A program made the position numbers and the translations under genes. Of a DNA stretch of 64,000 nucleotides, positions 1 to 12,246 are shown piece by piece. The stretch's first letter is position 1, and each line of letters begins with the position of its first letter. The stretch is from Bugula neritina. Its lineage: Eukaryota; Animalia; Bryozoa. The stretch lies in NCBI GenBank assembly GCA_964035545.1, contig OZ037771.1, positions 445,628-509,627 on the forward strand. The letters are read 5' to 3'. The notes beneath the pieces were generated by a model. That model worked only from the letters and a program-made list of their open reading frames with translations, made no database searches and was not told where the DNA came from.

Positions 1-3000
1 ATGTCCGTGGGTCTCTTTGCTAAGTGGGGCAGCGGCAAGTCTTTCCTGCTCAACAAACTTAAGGGTGGGTTACAGTTATTAGTACTTATATATGATATAA
101 TAATACTTTAGAATGTAATATGAAAGTATATATTAGTTCTATCTGTTTCTATAACTATTTCTGCAGTGGATATGAAGGTGTTATATTTGTGCAGTGGATA
201 TGAAGGTGTTATATTTGTGCAGTGGATATGAAGGTGTTATATTTCTGCAGTGGATATAAAGGTGTTATATCTGTGCAGTGGATATGAAGGTGTTATATTT
301 CTGCAGTGGATATAAAGGTGTTATATTTCTGCAGTGGATATGAAGGCGTATATGAAACACTCTCCCCAGGTCTACTTCCAGTTCTCTTGGCTCGTGTTTA
401 TCATCAACTTCACTCTCAGCATGCTGATTGGTCTGCTGCTTGCTGGTGCCATTGGCTGGCTGGTGGGGCTGAGTGTTGGCAGCGGTCTGTTTCTTCTACT
501 CTACGTACTGCAAGGTAAGTGTCTACTCTACGTACTGCAAGGTAAGTGTCTACTCTACGTACTGCAAGGTAAGTGTCTACTCTACGTACTGCAAGGTAAG
601 TGTCTACTCTACGTACTGCAAGGTAAGTGTTTACTTCACGTACTGCAAGGTAAGTGTCTACTCTACGTACTGCAAGGTAAGTGTTTACTTCACGTACTGC
701 AAGGTAAGTGTCTACTCTACGTACTGCAAGGTAAGTGTCTACTCTACGTACTGCAAGGTCAGTGTGTATAACTGTATATGAATGTTGTAGGAGTTCTCTA
801 CTGTCTCAACACTAAGAAGAACTGGGAGTGGGTGAATCACATCTCACACTCCGTAGCCAAGAAACTTCAGAAGCTAAGGCTATTGATGTACCTGTTCTTT
901 TATAACAGGCAGCCGGCAGCTCTGAGTGATGACGCTGACTACTCTTCCATCAGGTGTGTACATTACCTGTACCTGTAGAGTTAGTAGTTGCATTACCTGT
1001 ACCTGTAGAGTTAGTAGTTACATTACCTGTACCTGTAGAGTTAGTAGTTACATTACCTGTACCTGTAGAGTTAGTAGTTACATTACCTGAACCTGTAGAG
1101 TTAGTAGTTACATTACCTGTACCTGTAGACTTAGTAGTTGCATTACCTGTACCTGTAGAGTTAGTAGTTACATTACCTGTACCTGTAGAGTTAGTAGTTG
1201 CATTACCTGTACCTGTAGAGTTAGTAGTTACATTACCTGTACCTGTAGAGTTAGTAGTTACATTACCTGTATCTGTACCTGTAGAGTTAGTAGTTACATT
1301 ACCTGTACCTGTAGAGTTAGTAGTTACATTACCTGTACCTGTAGAGTTAGTAGTTGCATTACTGTAGTCACACATGTGCGCTACAGCTTCATATACAATT
1401 CTGCAGCTTTATATTTGCTGAGAGCACGAAGCTGACCAGCTTGGGAGGAGAGCAGTCTCTCTCGTCTATGATTGGCTCGTTGTTTGACGAATTGGAAAGG
1501 AAGTATGGAACCTGGGTTACCAGATTATACAAAGTATTCAGTTCAGATAACGGTAAGTGACAACTGAAAGGTTAGTTTCATTCAACATAATATGCTCTGT
1601 ATCAACATTTAACTTGCTCTATTCAACGTATAACTTACTATACTCAGTCTATAACTTGCTCTATTCAACGTATAACTTACTCTATTCAACGTATAACTTG
1701 CTCTATTCAACGTATAACTTACTATACTCAGTCTATAACTTGCTCTATTCAACGTAATACTTTATATTGTAGAACAAAAAGGACGGTTCAAAAGTCTATG
1801 CTGTATCCCATATTTTGTTATTGTCATATTTGTTTTGGCGTGCTTTGTGTCTGGGATTGGACTTATTTGGTCTCATCCTAATATAAAGAAAGTAAGTGAA
1901 ATGTTAAATATATTCATTCTGTTTTATATAATTCTGTATTTTGAGAAATATTTTATCTATAAACAGAAGCTAGTGTAGTATATGTACTATCACCTTTTAC
2001 ATTTTTTTCCATGAATTGTTAGTTAAATAAATATGTCTGTATTACGCCGTATCATACACTTTTATAGAACCCGAAAGAAATAAATATCGTGATGGCTGTG
2101 CTAGCTAGTATAGTGGCGTTCTCTCTTCTACTCTCTGTGCGAAATGTCGGGCGGGCCATAGCCGCTTACGCCTACTCTCCTAAAAAGTGTACACTGAATG
2201 CCTCTCAGTCTTTAGATGCCTCAAAAAATGACAAGTTCCTGCATGTGCTCAAGAATGAGGTTAGTAACTGTCTAAGTATTGACACTGTGTGACAATGTGT
2301 GACACTATTTGACACACTGATGTAACATTACGTACTGATACTGTGACACTGTAGTATTGTGACACTGTAGTACTGTGACACTGTAGGGCAGTGTCGCTGT
2401 AGTACTGTGACACTGTAGTACTGTGACACTGTAGTATAGTGACACTGTAGTACTGTGACATTGTAGTACTGTGACACTGTAGTACTGTGACACTGTAGTA
2501 TTGTGACACTGTAGTACTGTGACACTGTAGTGCTGTGACACTGTGTTACTGTGACACTGTAGTATAGTGACAATGTACTAATGTGACACCGTGTGACACT
2601 GTGTGACAGGTGGAGTTCATCTCCTCACTCGTCTCTACGATGGACAGACATGAGAATTGGCAGACAAGAATGGTGCTCATAGTTGACGGACTGGACAGCT
2701 GTGAGCAGGAAAAGGTTCTGCAGGTGTTGGATGCTATTAATCTCATTATACCTGAAGACTCCCCCTTCATTGTCTTGCTCGCCTTGGATCCACACATTAT
2801 AATCAAAGGAATTGAAGCTAACCAAATTCAGGTATATATTAGCTCTGCACACAGCGTCTTGTTATGTTGCTGTGTTACTATACGTGTACATGTTTGTGTG
2901 TTACTGTACGTGTACATGTTTGTGTGTTACTGTACGTGTACATGTTTGTGTGTTACTGTATGTCTACATGTTTGTGTGTTACTGTATGTGTACATGTTTG

Positions 3001-6000
3001 TGTGTTACTGTATGTGTACATGTTTGTGTGTTACTGTATGTCTACATGTTTGTGTGTTACTGTATGTCTACATGTTTGTGTGTTACTGTATGTCTACATG
3101 TTTGTGTGTTACTGTATGTCTACATGTTTGGTTAAAAAAAGCCTGAGATTACTTGTTAGCCTAAAAACCTCCAGTGTTTAGTGTGCTAGGGTTCTCTATA
3201 TGCTGACATGTTGCTAGGGCATGCAGGAGCCAGGGCTAAGCGGCTACAGCTACTTGAGGAACATCGTGCACCTCCCCTTCTACCTTCAGAATCACGGGCT
3301 ACCTCGTATGTACACTGCCAACGATAAAGTGCGCACTAACAAGTGGCACGGCAAACAAAAGGTATTATACAATATTTACGATATCATACTTGTATGTGTA
3401 ACATATAATATAATATATATAATATCATACTTGCATGTATAACATATAATATAATATCACATTATTTAATAATTATTACGACGCTTCCTTTGCATGTTAT
3501 AGAATGAACTTGATCTGGAGGTAGGTTACGCGCACAACGCAACGTTCATCTGTCTAGACTCGGTCGTGTGCTCTCTATTATGTACAGCATACGATATACA
3601 TTCAGAGCTACTAGACAATTTATCTGTCTCTCTTTATGTACATGTATACTATATGTCTTTCCTATCATTTCCTTGCGTGGACCACTCTCCTACCACTGTC
3701 ATCTCTCCCTCTCTACTTTCCACATGTTTCCTGTTGAATCTGTGTAATAAGCTGGCACCGTAGTTGTCTTCTCATCACACACTCGGTAAATTGGCATCTC
3801 TAGACTATAAACACCTTCTCATCACATTAGAGAGTCACTGTGAAGTCCTGTGTGCGGAACTCTCATCTTATTCAACACTTGGAGTGTTTTTGTTGATGGT
3901 TTCCCTTCTTCTAACCCATGATCCCAATACGCTCAGTGCTAATTATAGGCTGTGGTCGAGACACGCTCCTCACTTCTCTCCTCCTCGGTCTCGTCTCAGG
4001 ACCACAGCCGAGCTGCATACCAGAGGTTCAGTAGCCAACTGGGGGAGAGTCGCCTCACCATGGAGCCGCTCCATCAACTCATTGGAGACGTGCCAAAGAA
4101 TATCATGAAAAACGACTACTTTGTGGACATCAATCCACGTAGCATGAGACGCCTGATGAATATAATAGCCATGGCAGGTGAGTTCAAGTGTGTGACAGGT
4201 GTCAACTGAGTGCCAGGTGATTTCAGGTGTGTGTGTGTCAGATGAGTGGCAGGTGAATGTGTGTCAAGTGAGCATTAATTATATAATATAGTGCATGTGA
4301 TCTATAGATATATTATTATGTAATATCATTATATATATTATATTATTATGTAATAACATTATATATAATATATTATTATGTAATAACATTATATATATTA
4401 TAATATTGTACATACTATTTGCTATCTCAGGTCGTCTGCTCAGAGCCAGTGATATTGACTTTGACTGGTACAGACTCTCTGCATGGATCAATGTAACTGA
4501 GCAATGGCCGTATCGGACATCTTGGATTCTTCTTTACTACGAAGAGATGGAGGGGAGACTAGACGAAAGCCAATCTCTTCTCTCAATATATCAACTGTAA
4601 GTGTATAATAACTGTAAGTGTACGTTACTGTAAGTATATATAATATATTATATTAACTGTAAGTGTATAATAACTGTAAGTGTACGTTACTGTAAGTATA
4701 TATAATATATTATATTAACTGTAAGTGTATTTCAGATTTAACTGTACCTAAAACGATTCTCTCAACTGACAAACTGTACACAATGCTCTCTACTGACAAA
4801 CTGTACACAATGCTCTCTACTGACAAGCTGTGAACAGTGCTCTCTACTGACAGGCTGTACACAGTGCTCTCTACTGACATGTTTCATATAATAATGAATG
4901 TAATGATAATGGCAAATTCGAATATCTCAGTGTGAAAGAACGGATTCCTATACTGAGGGAGATCGAACCACTCCTCGATATCGACAGAAACGAGAAAAAG
5001 TTCATTGCGTTTCTCAAGTCACATGTTCCTAAACTCGATGTGGACGACATCAAGAAATTCATGCCTTCAACCATCAACCTGGATCCTTTTCTCCGTAAAA
5101 TCATCAAAGGTTAGTGACTCTTATTGCTCATACAGAACTTGGTATATCATACAGAACTTAGTCTATCATACAGAACTTAGTCTACCATACAAAACTTAGT
5201 CTACTATACAGAACTTAGTCTACCATACAGAACTTAGTCTATCATACAGAACTTAGTCTATCGTACAGAACTTAGTCTACCATACAGAACTTAGTCTATC
5301 GTACAGAACTTAGTCTACCATACAGAACTTAGTCTATCATACAGAACTTAGTCTACCATACAGAACTTAGTCTATCGTACAGAACTTAGTCTACCATACA
5401 GAACTTAGTCTACCATACAGAACTTAGTCTACCATACAGAACTTAGTCTACCACACAGAACTTAGTCTACCATACAGAACTTAGTCTATCGTACAGAACT
5501 TAGTCTACCATACAGAACTTAGTCTACCATACAGAACTTAGTCTACCATACAGAACTTAGTCTACCACGCAGACCCTCATTCAGTTTGCTATGTTCAACA
5601 TATTTCAGAGAAATCCCGGGACACAGACATACTCTATCATCCAGACAAGACTCTACCCAGTCCTTCATCTGGCATCTATTTCCCTCCTCGGTGAGCAATC
5701 TCTGTCACATGACTTCAGTGTGTGTCACATGACCTCAGTGTGTGTCATATGACTTCAGTGTGTGTCACATGACCTCAGTGTGTGTCACATGACCTCAGTG
5801 TATGTCACATGACCTCAGTGTTTGTCACATGACCTCAGTGTGTGTCACATGACCTCAGTGTGTTTATAAGATGCTGTCTCTATTCCAAGGTTCCCTGTCA
5901 GTCAGCCCAGACCTCACGTCTTCTACAACCAGATGCCAACTCCCTGGATGGAGAAACAGCAGCAGCCCCTCTCTGCTGCCAGGAAGTTGAAGCTACCCAA

Positions 6001-9000
6001 GGTGTGTGTATATACTATACCTACTACTCTGTGTATATACTATACTCATTACTGTGTGTATATACTATACTTACTACTCTGTGTATATACTATACTTACT
6101 ACTCTGTGTATATACTATACTTACTACTGTATATGTACTATACTCACTACTGTGTGTATATACTATACTTACTACTCTGTGTATATACTATACTTACTAC
6201 TCTGTGTATATACTATACTTACTACTCTGTCCATGTACTGTTGCAGGGAGTCAAATCACTGTCCAGAAGCACTGTCTCAGATATTTGTGCTCTGCTCCAC
6301 AAGATCAAAGGCATATCCTCCGCTAATATTAATACGTACAAGGCAGCCATTTTACTGCACAATATCTCTGGGGTTGTCCTCTCAACGTGTGATCTCTCGG
6401 AGCTGAAATCCGTCTTGGAGATGAAGTTCGGAGATTGGCAGCTTTTTCAATCTACTGTCTTGGGTTAGTTAACAGTGTGTTGAGTCAACAGTTAGTGTGT
6501 TGAGTCAACAGTTAGTGTGTTGAGTCTGTGTCCACAGATCTACTTAAACATGTATGTTTGGCAGCGATGAGGGAGGAAGACACTGGTTCCATTTCCACTT
6601 CAAATTCCAGCGACACTGAAATATTAAACCAGAATTTATCGTATAATGCTGCCCCTGACACTGACGCTGCTACTGATGGTGCTACTGATGCTGCCACTCC
6701 ATCTGTCACACAGGACCTTGCAGTCAGCCCCGCCCGTGTTTCCAGCCTTCCAAAAAATTCTTCCACTTCTCAAGATTACTCTGCTGCCAGCACACCGACC
6801 TCCACTCAAAGTCACCCTTTGACCTCCACTCAAGGCAGCTCATTGAGTTCATTACAGAGCAGGCCGTCTTTCAAGCTGAAAGGTTAGTGTATGCTGTGTC
6901 ATGTGTTGTACCAATAGTGTTAGTATACCAATAGTATTAGTATATCAATAGTGTTAGTATACCAATAGTGTTAGTATATCAATAGTGTTAGTATACCAAT
7001 AGTGTTAGTACTCCAATAGTGTTAGTACTCCAATAGTGTTAGTATATCAATAGTGTTAGTATACCAATAGTATTAGTATACCAATAGTGTTAGTACTCCA
7101 ATAGTGTTAGTACTCCAATAGTGTTAGTACTCCAATAGTGTTAGTATATCAATAGTGTTAGTATACCAATAGTATTAGTATACCAATAGTGTTAGTACTC
7201 CAATAGTATTAGTATACCAATAGTGTTAGTATATCCATAGTGTTAGTATACCAATAGTGTTAGTATACCAATAGTATTAGTATACCAATAGTGTTAGTAT
7301 AACAATAGTGTTAGTACTCCAATAGTGTTAGTATATCAATAGTGTTGGTATACCAATAGTATTAGTATACCAATAGTATTAGTACTCCAATAGTGTTAGT
7401 ATACCAATAGTATTAGTACTCCAATAGTGTTAGTACTCCAATAGTGTTGGTATACCAATAGTATTAGTACTCCAATAGTGTTAGTACTCCAATAGTGTTA
7501 GTATACCAATAGTGTTAGTATACCAATAGTGTTAGTATACCAATAGTGTTAGTATACCAATAGTGTTAGTACTCCAATAGTGTTAGTACTCCAATAGTGT
7601 TAGTATATCAATGGTGTTAGTATACCAATAGTATTAGTATACCAATAGTGTTAGTACTCCAATAGTATTAGTATACCAATAGTGTTAGTATATCCATAGT
7701 GTTAGTATACCAATAGTGTTAGTATACCAATAGTATTAGTATACCAATAGTGTTAGTATACCAATAGTGTTAGTACTCCAATAGTGTTAGTACTCCAATA
7801 GTGTTAGTATATCAATAGTGTTGGTATACCAATAGTATTAGTATACCAATAGTATTAGTACTCCAATAGTGTTAGTATACCAATAGTATTAGTACTCCAA
7901 TAGTGTTAGTACTCCAATAGTGTTGGTATACCAATAGTATTAGTACTCCAATAGTGTTAGTACTCCAATAGTGTTAGTATACCAATAGTGTTAGTATACC
8001 AATAGTGTTAGTATACCAATAGTGTTAGTATACCAATAGTGTTAGTATACCAATAGTGTTAGTATACCAATAGTGTTAGTATACCAATAGTGTTAGTATA
8101 TCAATAGTGTTGGTATACCAATAGTATTAGTATACCAATAGTGTTAGTATACCAATAGTGTTAGTACTCCAATAGTGTTAGTATATCAATAGTGTTAGTA
8201 TATCAATAGTGTTGGTATATCAATAGTGTTAGTACTCCAATAGTGTTAGTATACCAATAGTGTTAGTATACCAATAGTGTTAGTATACCAATAGTGTTAG
8301 TATATCAATAGTGTTGGTATACCAATAGTATTAGTATACCAATAGTGTTAGTATACCAATAGTGTTAGTACTCCAATAGTGTTGGTATATCAATAGTGTT
8401 GGTATACCAATAGTATTAGTATACCAATAGTGTTAGTATACCAATAGTATTAGTACTCCAATAGTGTTAGTATACCAATAGTGTTAGTACTCCAATAGTG
8501 TTAGTACTCCAATAGTGTTAGTATACCAATAGTGTTAGTATACCAATAGTGTTAGTATACCAATAGTGTTAGTATACCAGTAGTGTTAGTATACCAATAG
8601 TATTAGTATACCAATAGTGTTAGTATACCAATACTGTTCACTTCAGTTAGATTTATCTTCTCCTGTGCCTCTTTTCTGTTGTCTCCCTTGCACTGTCTCT
8701 AGTCTCATCTCTATTCTAGCATGTAAAACTCTAGTTTCATCTCTATTCTAGCAGGTAAAACTCTAGTCTCATCTCTATTCTAGCATGTAAAACTCTAGTC
8801 TCATCTCTATTCTAGCAGGTAAAACTCTAGTCTCATCTCTATTCCTGCAGGTAAAACTCTAGTCTCATCTCTATTCCCGCAGGTAAACCTCTGGTCTCTA
8901 TAGACACATCGGAAGACACGGTGAGACTGGAGAATGAAATGATACGCAATGTGCTGGACTTTGTTGTGCCAGACGCTAGCAGTGACGCTGAGGAAGATGC

Positions 9001-10485
9001 CGACAGCGTGGAAGATGATGACGACCAGCTGACTCTAAGAATAGACAGAGAAATTCATGCTCCTTCTGGTCTTCCACCACAGAGAGCCATGGTGTACACC
9101 GTCGTCAATGAAACCAAGGCTGCTAGCCAAGAAGATGGAGAAAATGTTCTTTGTTCCAAAAGGTATTAATACTCGTGATTTACTGCTCTGCGTATCATAA
9201 CATGATGTTAGGAGTCGTGTTCTCTCCACTCACAACTCTTATCATCATCTCATTTGTCATCAGGGTTTAGAGAGGGGGGGCTGTTGACCTTCCTTAATGG
9301 AATTTCTTTGCCAATATCTTTGAATGGGCGTGTATTTATACAAAAAATTATAAATTTTTATTGTGCTGCTTAACCCTGTGTTGTAAATCATTGTGATGTA
9401 TTGTAATTTATAATATATTACTATAATGTAATATACTATATGTTGTATTTGTTTAGCCGTGTGCCAATGGTGAGTATGAGTACCTCAACTAGCTGCTTTC
9501 ACTTGCTTTTCATATGCTTAACTCTTGTCTTTTTCTGTCATAACATAACACGTAACACAGTAATATATATGATGCTGCACAGTAATATACGATGCGACAC
9601 AGTAATATATGGCGCTACACAGTAATATATGGCGCTACATAGTAATATATGACGCCGCACAGTAATATATGACGCTATACAGTAATGTATGCTATAATTC
9701 TACATAAATTCTGTGTGATCTAACTTATGTTATACTCTATAAAATATTTCACCCTCTTTTTGTCTATCATCTAGATCTATATGTCTTCTAATCTGTGCTT
9801 CATTTTTCTAAAATTTTCAAAGCTTTATGTGTTTAACCTTTAGCTATCGATTATAGTTACTGTATAACTTGTAGATATATTATAGTTGTTACAGTATAAC
9901 TTGTAGATATATTATAGTTGTTGCTGTATAACTTGTAGATATATTATAGTTGTTACAGTATAACTTGTAGATATATTATAGTTGTTACAGTATAACTTGG
10001 AGATATATTATAGTTGTTGCTGTATAACTTAGAGATATATTATAGTTGTTACTGTATAACTTGTAGATATATTATAGTTGTTACAGTATAACTTGGAGAT
10101 ATATTACAGTTGTTACAGTATAACTTGTAGATATATTGTAGTTGTTACTGTGTAACTTGTAGATATATTATAGTTGTTACTACATAAATTGTCACCCTCG
10201 GTCCCCAACGTCCTGTTTCATAGGATTATATCCTAATAAATAACCATAGTCAGTATAAAGAGCTGATATCAATGAGTATTTCATTTCCGTCATGTTATTA
10301 TTGATTACTCGTAAATAATTGTGTTTTATGACTGTTTGTTTTATCAGCATGGAGCCGAGGCTACTAGCAGACAACACTCGATGACCTCACTTCCTGTTGT
10401 ACCGGAGATTAGCGACGTGACGGTACACCAACGAGCTTCAAGTCTCTCTCACGGATCCGTCAACCACGCCTTCTCTGGTGACTAA
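1..10485 (+). CDS. KIDINS220: Kinase D-interacting substrate of 220 kDa (Kidins220/ARMS); 5'-truncated (ankyrin region lies upstream of the window). Exons approx. 1-64, 335-514, 791-953, 1407-1552, 1773-1891, 2068-2259, 2610-2831, 3218-3361, 3503-3520, 3949-4177, 4431-4596, 4931-5109, 5609-5690, 5890-6001, 6247-6463, 6565-6882, 8883-9162, 9457-9469, 10348-10485
   Basis: KAP-family P-loop Walker A (VGLFAKWGSGKSFLL) and Walker B (VLIVDGLDSCEQEKVLQ) separated by hydrophobic TM segments; YLRNIVHLPF, DINPRSMRRLMNI and WINVTEQWPYRTSW motifs; SAM-like region (ELKSVLEMKFGDWQLF). Exon phases are consistent across GT-AG introns. The last two exons are inferred from frame compatibility; reading through the 9162 donor gives an alternative stop at 9169. 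Confidence 0.9.
152..346 (+). repeat. 28-nt minisatellite, 7 copies of the splice acceptor plus exon start (tatttctgcag|tggatatgaaggtgtta)
   Basis: CAG at 164, 192, 220, 248, 276, 304 and 332; only the last is followed by continuing coding sequence (VDMKAYMKH). Confidence 0.95.
496..765 (+). repeat. 27-nt minisatellite, 10 copies of exon end plus donor (ctactctacgtactgcaag|gtaagtgt)
   Basis: GT at 515, 542 ... 758; the unit is in frame and encodes GKCLLYVLQ. Confidence 0.95.
959..1365. repeat. 30-nt intronic minisatellite (cattacctgtacctgtagagttagtagtta), about 13 copies
   Basis: Direct periodicity inside a Kidins220 intron. Confidence 0.95.
2279..2606. repeat. 16-nt intronic minisatellite (tgtgacactgtagtac)
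   Basis: Direct periodicity, fills intron 2260-2609. Confidence 0.9.
2870..3130. repeat. 26-nt intronic minisatellite (tgttactgtatgtctacatgtttgtg)
   Basis: Direct periodicity. Confidence 0.9.
5128..5570. repeat. 19-nt intronic minisatellite (catacagaacttagtctac)
   Basis: Direct periodicity. Confidence 0.9.
6002..6232. repeat. 25-nt intronic minisatellite (tgtgtatatactatacttactactc)
   Basis: Direct periodicity starting at the donor. Confidence 0.9.
6909..8635. repeat. 17-nt intronic minisatellite (ccaatagtgttagtata), about 100 copies
   Basis: About 1.7 kb of direct periodicity with variant units. Confidence 0.95.
8697..8898 (+). repeat. 32-nt minisatellite spanning the acceptor and exon start (ctctagtctcatctctattctagcag|gtaaaa)
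   Basis: About 6 copies; the last (cccgcag|gtaaacctctggtctc) opens the frame GKPLVSIDTSED. Confidence 0.85.
9850..10185. repeat. 32-nt minisatellite (atatattatagttgttacagtataacttgtag) in the last inferred Kidins220 intron
   Basis: Direct periodicity. Confidence 0.9.
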
Positions 10486-11297
10486 CTCCCATGTCAAGAG
10501 TTCAGCGTGATGAGCCTTGGGGGTTGTTTCCTCGCTAATTGTTAGAATTCTTCTGCATTCACTCTTTAATATTGCCACGTTATAGTTAACACTAATGTAT
10601 TGTAATCTCATATCTACTTACCTGTTGTAACGCAGCAATCTCATATCTACTAACCTGTTGTAACGCAACAATCTCACACCTACTAACCTGTTGTAACGCA
10701 ACAATCTCACATCTACTAACCTGTTGTAACGCAACAATCTCACATCTACCTACTGAAGGAATTTTGTATATTGCATATAACATTACCTACCATTGAATTC
10801 CACCTGTATTTATATTCATTGCTCACATTTCAAAGTTTCTCATTTCATATACTACTCAGTAATAAATCAGTCATTTTATTTTATTTTATTTGTAACTTTG
10901 CAATAGTTTTGTCTGCAGTTATTTTTAGGCTACACTTTTACTTCACCTATGATCAACTTAGTCAAAAGTCCAGGTCAATGTCTGTAATTTTATATTTTTT
11001 TACGTAAACTGTTGAGAACCAATATGTTTAGAGGTTTCGATATAGTTTAAGTTTTACCAATTGTGAAAGTATAATAAAAGTGATAACATTTACTATTATT
11101 GTGATAAATGATTATAATAAAGGAATATCAAAACTGTCCTGCATTTGCCGAGTCTATAGTTATCACAACACGATATACTGCTTTTGAGACCAAAAGCAGT
11201 CACTCTCCTCTTATATCTGTTAGCAGAAAGTTGCACAGAATTTCATTTCTAGTTTTACATCAATCAGGCTGATAAATATTAGTTTGCCATAGTGTTG

Positions 11298-11663
11298 TGT
11301 TGAGGTAATACAGTACTGTGTTGAGGTGATACAGTACTATGTTGAGGTGATACAGTAATATGTTGAGGTGATACAGTACTATGTTGAGGTGATACAGTAC
11401 TATGTTGAGGTGATACAGTACTATGTTGAGGTGATACAGTACTATGTTGAGGTGATACAGTACTGTGTTGAGGTGATACAGTACTATGTTGAGGTGATAC
11501 AGTAATATGTTGAGGTGATACAGTACTATGTTGAGGTGATACAGTATTATGTTGAGGTAATACAGTACTATGTTGAGGTGATACAGTACTATGTTGAGGT
11601 GATACAGTACTATGTTGAGGTGATACAGTACTATGTTGAGGTGATACAGTACTATGTTGAGGT
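11298..11663. repeat. 21-nt minisatellite (gttgaggtgatacagtactat) between the convergent Kidins220 and P2X 3' ends
   Basis: Direct periodicity. Confidence 0.9.
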
Positions 11664-12246
11664 GCTAGAGGTCTATAGTTGGGGCAGTTCTACGCATGTC
11701 TGAAAACTAAAAACAGCCTGGAGAGAGTCTAAAGAAAACACACTGAACTGATAACTAGAAGCTAATATATAAAGTATTAATTTAGAATCAGGGAGGATGG
11801 GGAATACAGACTTGTTGTTCAATGTGTGAACATTAGAGAGCTTACTATAAGTGTATTGTTGGTATCTCAACTGTAAAATATAGTATTGGAAAGCATCAGA
11901 AGTACCGTACAAAACAATATCAAACATACAACTGATAAAATAATACATTTAATGTGCAAGGCATACAAATGTCATAAAACTACATGTTAATACAACATAG
12001 TACAGACTATTACATAACAATTAAATACATGTCATATAAATTTATATAATATACTGCAAGTATAATTCCATAATGTAAGGTAAATATGATTGTCATAAGC
12101 AGGTAACTTCAGCCTAGGTGCTCTCCCACAATTCGGAGCATTTTACAAATTGAAACTACACTGATAAGAATATAAATACATGCCAAATCTAGTTTCCATC
12201 TCTAATCATTTTATGTACTAAAATTTATGAAGATTGACGTATAGGT

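Noticed and set aside
950-1375. ORF encoding (GNVTTNSTGT)n, resembling a mucin or ice-nucleation-like glycoprotein
   Set aside because: It is the antisense reading of a 30-nt intronic minisatellite in Kidins220, with no independent gene structure.
5871-6001. Kidins220 exon starting at 5871 (RCCLYSKVP frame from the ORF track)
   Set aside because: That frame is incompatible with the phase-0 junction into the SAM exon at 6247; the acceptor ending at 5889 gives a consistent frame.
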